Source: Octopus sinensis
Lineage: Eukaryota
Assembly: GCF_006345805.1 (NCBI RefSeq)
Contig: NC_043014.1
Span: forward strand, 47,988,001-48,052,000
DNA: 64,000 nucleotides
Direction: 5' to 3'
Shown here: positions 55,130 through 64,000 of the stretch, in pieces
Layout of the letters: each line of letters opens with the position of its first letter
Position numbering within the stretch: position 1 is the stretch's first letter
The notes under the pieces: generated by a model
Told to the model about the DNA's origin: nothing
Databases searched by the model: none
What the model saw: only the letters and a program-made list of their open reading frames with translations
Program-made: the position numbers and the translations under genes

Positions 55130-55340
55130 CATAGTTAATCCAAACATGAACAAAGAGAAAACACAACAACGCAAGGACGTGGAACAAGTATAGTGTTATT
55201 GGATGCTCAGGAAAGGAAAGAAAGAAAGGAGGATTTAACATTTCGAGCGGAGCTCTTTGTCAGAAATATAGAAAAAGGGAAAAGTCCAAGGAAGGGAAGA
55301 TGGAGGAAAAAAATTGCCAACGATACACACGCGGTCACAT
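55130..55340 (-). mobile_element. Short element, family C, with hammerhead motif at 55233-55267 (ARCN1 intron, sense)
   Basis: AUUU CUGACAA A GAGC ucc GCUC GAA AUGU U AAAU (G8 changed to A); directly follows a (TA)n tract. Confidence 0.65.
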
Positions 55341-56430
55341 ACATATATATATATTTAAGTCACAATATATAGATTCAAGTAATCCGATGGCACTCATAAA
55401 AAATAGCTCCTTAATATATCATTCTACAAAACAAGGTGGCGAGCTGGCAGAAATGTTAGCACACCCGGAGAAATGCTTATTGGTATTTCGTCTGTCTTTA
55501 CATTGTGAGTTCAAATTCCGCCCAGGGCGACTTTGCCTTTCCTCCTTTCAGGGTCGATAGATTAAGTACCAGTTGCGTATTGAAGTCAATCTAATCAACT
55601 GACCCACCCCCACTCCCCCAAAATTATGGGCCTTGTGCCTAGAGTAGGAAAGAATATCCCCCCAAATTTTGTTAAAAGCTGGTGAGCTGGCAGAAAGGTT
55701 AGCACGCTGGGCGTAATGGTTAGCAGTATTTCATCTGTCTTTATGTCCTGAGTTCAAATTCCACCAAGGTCAACTTTGCCTTTCATCCTTTTGGGGGTCA
55801 ATAAATTAAGTACCAGTTGCATACTGGGCCGATCTAATTGACTGGCCCCCTCCCAAAAAATTTCGGGCCTTGTGCCTACAGTAGAAAACAATATATCCTT
55901 TTACAAAACATAGAATATATAGTATGATACAAGAGAAAACGATAAGGAACGTATAAAGTCATAAATGACGGAGAAATCACTTGATGAAATTTTACTTAAC
56001 AATAAGAAAATTCTAACATTACAACCAATTGTTTCATAACTTAAAAATATGAAAATAAGATATATTATTATATTTAGTAATAACTACTTACATGTCTGCA
56101 TTAATGCAAAATGCAAAACATCCTTCAAAATAATACAGAATTTAAGCTACATCCTCAGGTGAAAGAAAGTCTTTGTTAAATATATATATATACACATACA
56201 TATTCAATACATATATTCATCAGTGTTTTGAATCAATCCTGAGATATTGTCTGTATTGAAATTCATATCTGATAATCTATTCATTTAAAAACACTGTAAA
56301 TACCCTGCCAAAATAGGCAGTGAAGCTTGGTGCTGTTTTCTGCCTAGCCAGTCCCTGTCAAACCATCCAAACCAGGACAGAATGGAAAATGAATGTTAAA
56401 TGATGATGATTGATGATGATGATTTATATA

Positions 56431-56461
<31 letters not shown>

Positions 56462-56464
<3 letters not shown>

Positions 56465-57143
56465 CATCATCATTCAATGTCCTTTTTCCATGCTGGCATG
56501 GGTTGGATGGTTTGACCAAGGTCTGGAGAGCCAGCGGCTGCACCAGACTCCAATCTGATCTGGCGATGTTTCTACAGCTGGATGCCCTTCCTAATGCCAA
56601 CCACTCCGTGGGTGTAGTGGGTGCTTTTTATGTGCCACCAGCACAGGAGCCAGTCAGAAGGGCCTGGTATTGATCACGTTTGGATGGTGCTTTTTACGTG
56701 CCACTGGCACAAGAGCCAGTCAGGGGGTACTGGCATTGGCCATGATTGGTTGGTGCATTTTACGTGCCACCAGCATGGGAGCCAACTAGGGTCACTGGCC
56801 ACTGATACGATATTGGTTTTACTTGACTTTACAGGTGTTCTCAAGCATATATCACCCAACGCAACAGGGGTATTCTTAACAGGGCTGAACATACGTGGCT
56901 GCGATCTCATTTTAGTTGCCAGGTCTTCTCAATCACAGCATATCTCCAAAGGTCCCAGTCTCCTGTCATTGCCTCTGTGAGGCCCAATGTTCGAAGGTCA
57001 TGCTTCACCACTTCATCCCATGTCTTCCTGGGTCTACCTCTTCCACAGGTTTCTTCTACAGTTAGGGAGTCGCACTTCTTTACACAGCTGTCTTCATTCA
57101 TACATAACACATGACCATACCAGTGCAGTCGCCTCTCTTGCAC
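56462..57143 (-). mobile_element. RTE-clade LINE 3' end (ORF C-terminus, 3' UTR, (GAT)n tail)
   Basis: ERRLHWYGHVLCM...RGRPRKTWDEVVKHDL...LWR is a typical RTE C-terminus; continues into the (GAT)n-tailed repeat. Confidence 0.88.
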
Positions 57144-57550
57144 ACATATATATATAATTAATCATTATCACTGTTTAATGTCCATGTTGGCATGGCTTGG
57201 ATGGTTTGACAGGATCTGATGGGCCCAAGGACTACCTCATGTTCCAGTGTCTGCCTTGGTATTGTTTTTCAGCTGGATGCTCTTCCTTACGCCAAGCACT
57301 TTGGGTGTATATATAACACATTCAATAGATATTTATGTATACATACACAACCAGATAAGACCTACCAACCATCGTTTTAGAACGAAACTAAAAATAATTT
57401 CTAAGATACAATTCGTATATCTTATGGTGCATTGTGTAATGGCAACAATATGGAAAGAAAGAGAAGTGTTCTTAACCTTTGACCTCACACACACACACAC
57501 ATTTAATATAGATTTTCTTATCTATCAATTAGATACTACACAAACACCCC

Positions 57551-57581
<31 letters not shown>

Positions 57582-57829
57582 TATACATACATAGAGAGAA
57601 AGAGCAGTATTAAATGTCAGCTATTTATCTGTTACTATACACAGTCATAAATATATCTTTTATTTGCTTCAGTCAATGGACTGTGGCTATGCTGGGGGCA
57701 CTGTCTTGAAGGATTTTAGTCAAAAGAATCGGTCCCAGTTATATATTTTTTAATCTTACTACTATTCTGACAGTCTCTTTGCCAAAATGCTAAGTTATGG
57801 GGATGTAAACAAACCAGCACTGGTTTGTT

Positions 57830-58090
57830 TAGAGCGTAGGCTGCGGGGTCACTCCGAAAAGCTCTATCTGCGACGATTTCATCTCAATCGAAAGAGAGGG
57901 GCTTTCTCCGTCCGGGTTGCGGATCCATGGAATAAGCCGCCAGACAAGATAGTGAAGATGCCGACGACCGCTCGGTTCAAAGTCTCTCTTGACCAGAAAT
58001 GGCCTGAACTCTTTGCATGAACACCGCTGTACATAACTCTATGTCCCCCTACATGGCCTTGCTTTTTGAGCCAAAAAATTAACTTAACTT
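57830..58090 (+). mobile_element. CR1-clade LINE 3' end
   Basis: LRGHSEKLYLRRFHLNRKRGAFSVRVADPWNK...FKVSLD. Confidence 0.85.
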
Positions 58091-58294
58091 ATCATATCCC
58101 CTAACAAGGCTTTGGTCAGCCTAGGCTTATAGAATACATTTCTTCAAGGTACCATGCAGTGGGACTGAACCTAGAAACATGTGGTTGGAAAGCAAACATC
58201 TTGTTGGCACACAGCCATGCATGTTTGTATTGGCTGATATGTTAGTGTTTATTACAACCAACGTGTACAAACATGTATCTAGTGATAAAATGTA

Positions 58295-58330
<36 letters not shown>

Positions 58331-59623
58331 TGTCTTAGCAAGAGGCCATTTCACTAGTCAATATATCAACCAGAGTTCCATGATAATCTGAATTTGGTAA
58401 ATATATAAACAAGATCATGAAACAGGTGACTTCTCTGTAAGACCCCTCCCTGCCATAATAAAGTATACATCATCATCGTTGTTGTTTAACATTTGTCTTC
58501 CATGTTAGCATAGGTTAGACAGGATTGGCAAGGCCAGGAGCTACACCAGGTTCCATTGTCTGTTGTCAGAGAATTCCATTTGCACACAACATGAAGGTAC
58601 ATGCTGACTGGAAGAGAACAATTTAAAAGAGAGAGCTATATGTGGAGGGGGTGGTTTTGGCAGGAGATTCACATAGCAGATATGGTTGATAGTGTTGTTG
58701 ACGTTGAAAGCAAAACAGTTTTCATCAAATTTCTTGAGAATGAGAGCACATTGGTGGATGATACAGGAGAATGGGTCTTCAATAGAGCTGGTTTTACAAA
58801 AGCCATATTGGTAGTTATTAAGGAGAGAGACAAAGAGAGATAGAAATAAGAAGATGGAGAAGGGTGTTGTAAAAGGTTAATGACATCATTGCCTTTGATA
58901 TGATGGAAATTAATGTAATAGGACAATAGTTGGCAGAGTCAAAGGTATTGTCCTTGTTGTGAATGGTAAACACTGTAACATGTTATCAAAGAATGAGAGA
59001 CAGAGAGAGATAGTGAAAGAGAGAGAGTAGAGAGATTAAAGAGTTGTTGAGAACAGGGGTGCATTAGGGTGAGATAATTTCAGGATTGGTGGCTTTATTG
59101 GTTGGAAGCAATTAGGGGTTAGTTTCTACTTGGGGTGAATATATATGCATGATGGGGAGTCTGGTGAAGTGAAAGGGGGTAGTTTTTGATGAGATTTACC
59201 TAGTGGGTGCAGCTGGAGTTTGATGTGAAGTTTGCAGCAAATACAGGGAGTTTTATCTACAGGTGTACTACTCACAGAGCCATCTTGTTTGAGAAGGAAA
59301 GGGAATTAGGAGTCCACAAAGTTGAAGATCTTTTTGGTAAGGAACCATTCTGGGAAACAAGCTGTAGCATATGAGGCATCCTTTACAGTTTTGATGTGTC
59401 TTACAAAGTAGTGGCACTGGATGAAAGCCACCAGTTTGTAGGGTTCTGTGATTTTCATCCAGCTTTGTAGGTGGTGTTCATTACCAAGAATTGCAACAAC
59501 ACAGTTATAAAAGAACCAAGAGGGGCTGTGAATTTTGATTGTAAGAAGGATATTGAAAGACTTGCCTAAGAGAAGGTTTTCATTCATCCAACTAGCTGTT
59601 ACCGATAGATCAAAGGTGAAAGA

Positions 59624-61213
59624 CTTGGGGAAGTCAAAAATTATCCACACTTTTGCCATAACATTATCGTTATCATTGTCACACTGCCTTCAGTGCACAT
59701 GTGTTTATACTTGGTACTATTGTGATCACATGATCCAAGTTTGAGCCCGATCGTGCCATTTTTCTTTCTGGCTTTACAGAGTAAGCATGGCCACTCCACT
59801 AACAATGTGTACCAAAGAACAAAAAGCTGATCAGATTTCTCTGGTTGGAAGGTTGTGTCAGGTGCCGAAATTCATCGGAGGCTTTTAGCACAATTCAGGG
59901 ACAGTGCACTACTAAAAAGTCGTGATGGTCATGGCTAGAACAGCTTTGATCATAGGTCTGTCTGCTCATCAAGTTTCATACTACAACATACTTTCACTCT
60001 ATCCTACATTTTTTGGGTGTTATTCTTAAAATTCCATTTATATCTAATGTGTTTTATGCAAGTGGGGGCGCGTGGGTTGAAGTGTGAACGAGTGGATCGA
60101 GAAGTTTAAAAGTGGTCAGACAAGCATGATGTCCATCAACCTCCACCAATGATGAGAAGTTCACAAAAGCTCGAGAGATGGCAATGGTGAACCATCTCTC
60201 AGATCACTGCTCTTTGTTCTTCTTTGTTGCACATTGCTTGTGGGGCAGTCATGTTAACATTGTAAAGCCAGAAAGAAAAATGGCTTGACCAGGTTCAAAC
60301 TTCACATGACCACAATAGTACCTATTTCTTTACTACCCACAAGGGGCTAAACACAGAGGGGACAAACAAGGACAGACAAACGGAGTAAGTCGATTACATC
60401 AACCCCAGTGCGTAACTGGTACTTAATTTATCGACCCCGAAAGGATGAAAGGCAAAGTCGACCTTGGCGGAATTTGAACTCAGAACGTAGCGGCAAACGA
60501 AATACCTTTCTTTACTACCCTCAAGGGGCTAAACACAGAGGGGACAAACAAGGACAGACAAACGAGTAAGTCGATTACATCGACCCCAGTGCGTAACTGG
60601 TACTTAATTTATCGACCCCGAAAGGATGAAAGGCAAAGTCGACCTTGGCGGAATTTGAACTCAGAACGTAGCGGCAAACGAATACCTATTTCTTTACTAC
60701 CCTCAAGGGGCTAAACACAGAGGGGACAAACAAGGACAGACAAACGGAGTAAGTCGATTACATCGACCCCAGTGCGTAACTGGTACTTAATTTATCGACC
60801 CCGAAAGGATGAAAGGCAAAGTCGACCTTGGCGGAATTTGAACTCAGAACGTAGCGGCAAACGAAATACCTATTTCTTTACTACCCTCAAGGGGCTAAAC
60901 ACAGAGGGGACAAACAAGGACAGACAAACGGAGTAAGTCGATTACATCGACCCCAGTGCGTAACTGGTACTTAATTTATCGACCCCGAAAGGATGAAAGG
61001 CAAAGTCGACCTTGGCGGAATTTGAACTCAGAACGTAGCGGCAAACGAAATACCGCCAAGCATTTCGCCTGGCGCGCTAACGTTTCTGCCAGCTCGCCGC
61101 CTTTAGTTGGTACCACAATAGTACCAACTATAAGCATGCATGCACAGAAGGCAGTGTGACAACAATAAGGATATGTTAAGGTGAAAGTGCAGATAATTTA
61201 TGATTCCCCTTCG
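59624..61213 (+). mobile_element. Decayed mariner-like element with long TIRs; right TIR interrupted by the SINE tetramer
   Basis: 59624-59780 is the inverted match of 60261-60320 plus 61112-61213; right end reads TA-CGAAGGGG; HTH remnants GAEIHRRL and EWIEKFKSG. Confidence 0.75.
60321..61103 (-). repeat. Head-to-tail tetramer of SINE family 2 (about 183-bp unit)
   Basis: Near-identical units start near 60321, 60504, 60685 and 60869; only the last carries the SINE head; flanked by duplicated accacaatagtacc (60309-60322, 61112-61125). Confidence 0.92.
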
Positions 61214-62856
61214 TATATGTGTTTGCTAAGGACAGTTAGCATGGAACTGACAGGGCTCCAATCAGTCAGCTAACTTGAAGTAATATAGGATCTGGGAGGT
61301 GAACAATTGTGATGGGTAGCTGTAGTAAGGATGATCTGATGAGTGTAGAGATATGGAGGTTTAGAAGAGCTGGGATTTGAATTATCTGTGTCAGTCAGAG
61401 ATGTGGGGAGAAGGATAAAAGTAACTGATGCAGTGAGTTAAAGATTATGGAACAGAATGTTGTATACACTGGTGGTATCACTGTGGAAGAGGAGGAGTGT
61501 GGATGTTGAAATCAACAAAAGAGGAATGAAGTGAGAAGTCATTAATGCAGGAAGAGATACAGTCAGAGTTGTTGTTGTTGTTTGTGGTGGAGATTGGAAG
61601 AATTTGGAGACTGGAAGAGTTGTGTTTGGAGGAGTAGAGGAGGCAAAACTGGAAGTCTCTGTTAATTTATACCCAAGAGAGGTGAGTGGTAGGAAATCTA
61701 TATGTATGCATGGATACCTATTTCTTTACTACCCACAAGGGGCCAAACACAGAGGGGACAAACAAGGACAGACAAATGGATTAAGTCGATTACATCGACC
61801 CCAGTGCGGAACTGGTACTTAATTTATCGACCCCGGTGGCACGTTAAAAGCACCAACTGATCGTGGCCGATACCAGACTCCCCTGGCACCTGTGCTGGTG
61901 GCACGTAAAAAGCACCCACTACACTCGCGGAGTGGTTGGCGTTAGGAAGGGCATCCAACTGTAGAAACACTGTCAGATCAGACTGGAGCCTGGTGCAGCC
62001 CCTGGCTTCCCAGACCCCGGTCAAACCGTCCAACCCGTGCTAGCGCGGAAAACAGACGTTAAACGATGATGATGATGAAAGGCAAAGTTGACTTCGGCGG
62101 AATTTGAACTCAGAACGTAACGGCAGACGAAATACCGGTAAGCATTTCGCCCGGCGTGCTAACGTTTCTACTAGCTCACCGCCTTATGTATGCATGGATA
62201 CCACCTCCTGAATATTTGAACCTGGTTAACAGAGATGCACTATGAATAAAGATCAAGAGATTTATGCCTTGGAGAACAATGTGAAGTTTGTATATCATTA
62301 ACGAGTGGTGATATGTGGTAGGCCGGATCAAAGTTCATAGATGTTAGACAAAAGGAAGGAGAATTGCCCAGTTTAGTTTTTGGCATCTATGCAAGTGTAG
62401 AGAAGTGTTGATGTGCCTCATGAAATACCGATACACTCTATATTTCCTCATTAAAGTTTTAATTTACTCACAGAATTATTTTGGTAAAGTATACCTATTT
62501 CTTTATTACCCACAAGGGGCTAAACACAGAGGGGACAAACAAGGACAGACATAGGTTTTAAGTCGATTACATCGACCCCAGTGTGTAACTGGTACTTAAT
62601 TTATCGACCCCGAAAGGATGAAAGGCAAAGTCGAACCTCGGCGTAATTTGAACTCAGAATGTAACGACAGACGAAATACCGCTAAGCATTTCGCTCGGCA
62701 TGCTAACGACTCTGCCAGCTCGCCGCCTATGTTTTGGTGAAGTATACCATTACCATCATCATCATGTTTGTGGTAAGACATCAGTTCAAATTATTCTAGC
62801 ATGTACAACCTGATAAAGTGATGACGATGATGATGAGTAAAGCTGAAGTAACTTAC

Positions 62857-62896
62857 CTTTGCCACTCTTGTTACAAACTGCTGCTGCTAAGAGAAC
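62857..62896 (-). CDS. ARCN1: Coatomer delta subunit, first coding exon in window (VLLAAAVCNKSGK); initiator ATG expected in an exon beyond 64000
   Basis: ttgcag acceptor, 40 nt, gtaagt donor; matches the delta-COP N-terminus MVLLAAAVC.K.GK; phase 1 joins the next exon. Confidence 0.92.
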
Positions 62897-63514
62897 CTGC
62901 AAAGAAAAAAGAAAGAATGTGTTAAAGTTCTGCTGAATCAAAAAACAAGTAGTTTTAGGTTCATCTGGGTGATTTCATAGGATTCAACAAGCACCTGGTA
63001 CCCAGCATATCTATGCATGGTCAATTAGTATTGAGTGTTACTACACAGCTCACTACCTACTGTAACCAGCACTACTATACAAAGCTGACTACTTATAGTA
63101 CCCAATACTACTATACACAACTGACCATCTAATGCCCTGCATTACTATACATGACTGGTACTTAGTAACACTACATAGCTGACCTTTCTACTACACACAA
63201 ATACCAAGTACACTAGCATTACTACACAGTCTTCCTAACATTTGAATCTACCCCTTTGGTGAAGTCAGTGAAGAAAGTCCAGTGTCAAAAGTCCTTGGTG
63301 AGATGAGGGAAAAAGATCCACTGGACAAAGATCTCAGTCACATCAAAGCTATTGAGGTTCAATTCAAACTGCTGTAGGTTAGTGTTTGCAGACAAATATA
63401 TACAGGGGTGTTGAGGGTTATGGTTGAGAGGAGAAAGGATTGGGTGAAAACCCATACCAGCAGGGAAGATGGCAAATGATGAGGATGATGATGATTTATT
63501 ATGGTGTGTGTGTG

Positions 63515-64000
63515 TGACTTGACTTGACAGCATTCACCCGGGGTGGGTTGAGCTGGCTTCATTCATCCTCAATGCTGCATCTCTCACAAACGCCAACCAG
63601 ACCTGGCGATTTGAGGCTAATGACCACGTGATCTCCAACCACTCCTTATTCCAGTGGGGAACGCCGTAGATATAGGGGCCTAGGTTGGTTTCCAGATCAG
63701 CCTTGACTGTCATCAGCCAGGTTTTTCGTTGTCCACCACATCGCTTTCGCCAACCCTGGAGGGGAGCTGGGGCAATTGCTTCGTAGATGAATTCTCCTGG
63801 TTGAGGATGGAGGGCATGACCCAGCCAACGCAGACGTCTCGTTAGGATGACTTATCGGGGGGGAGGTGATTCTGCACTGGTGTCGCACCGAATTGTTGGA
63901 GACAAAGTGATGCCATTGGACACAAAGGATGCGGTGTAGACAGAGGTGATCGAAGAATTCTGGTCGCTTAATAGAATCCTTCTAAGCGAAGGATTCGAAG
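63515..64000 (-). mobile_element. RTE-like LINE 3' end of a second family, (CAAGT)n tail
   Basis: FDHLCLHRIL...VSN...RRLRWLGHAL...GWRKRCGGQRKTW...ASNRQVW; stop at 63534-63536; frameshifted. Confidence 0.85.

Larger units (their letters stand above)
58570..62480 (-). mobile_element. Old, heavily decayed LINE ORF2 hosting the mariner and SINE insertions (limits approximate)
   Basis: KIHSPSWFFYNCVVAI and FPFLLKQDGSVSSTPVDK resemble the endonuclease-RT linker (K..SPWF...CA.AI; FPPL...DG) of CR1/Jockey-group LINEs. Confidence 0.5.

Noticed and set aside
60321-61103. Regular repeat array as a possible CRISPR
   Set aside because: Units are contiguous SINE bodies with no unique spacers, in eukaryotic DNA.

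Overview
Eukaryotic (animal) genomic DNA, rich in (AT)n/(AC)n/(AG)n/(GATA)n microsatellites and interspersed repeats; the SINE families and proteins suggest a coleoid cephalopod, most likely Octopus (inference). Two real genes lie in tandem on the minus strand: an almost complete coatomer delta subunit gene (ARCN1/delta-COP; 11 coding exons traced by GT-AG sites and reading frame, 39211-62896, the ATG exon lies beyond the window) and the first coding exon of the E3 ligase Cbl (5619-6148). Almost all other ORFs in the track are microsatellite artefacts or transposon debris. Mobile elements include several tRNA-derived SINE families (one forming head-to-tail multimers), RTE and CR1 LINE fragments, two decayed Tc1/mariner elements with nested insertions, two non-autonomous Helitrons and a MITE. 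The main unexplained signal is four sequence-unrelated families of short non-coding elements, several inserted as fold-backs, that each fold into a minimal type-I hammerhead ribozyme with a palindromic (dimer-type) stem III, like Penelope pseudo-LTRs. One family has a G3-C8 swapped catalytic core with an intact copy at 18546-18596. All ribozyme calls are by-eye folds and are untested.
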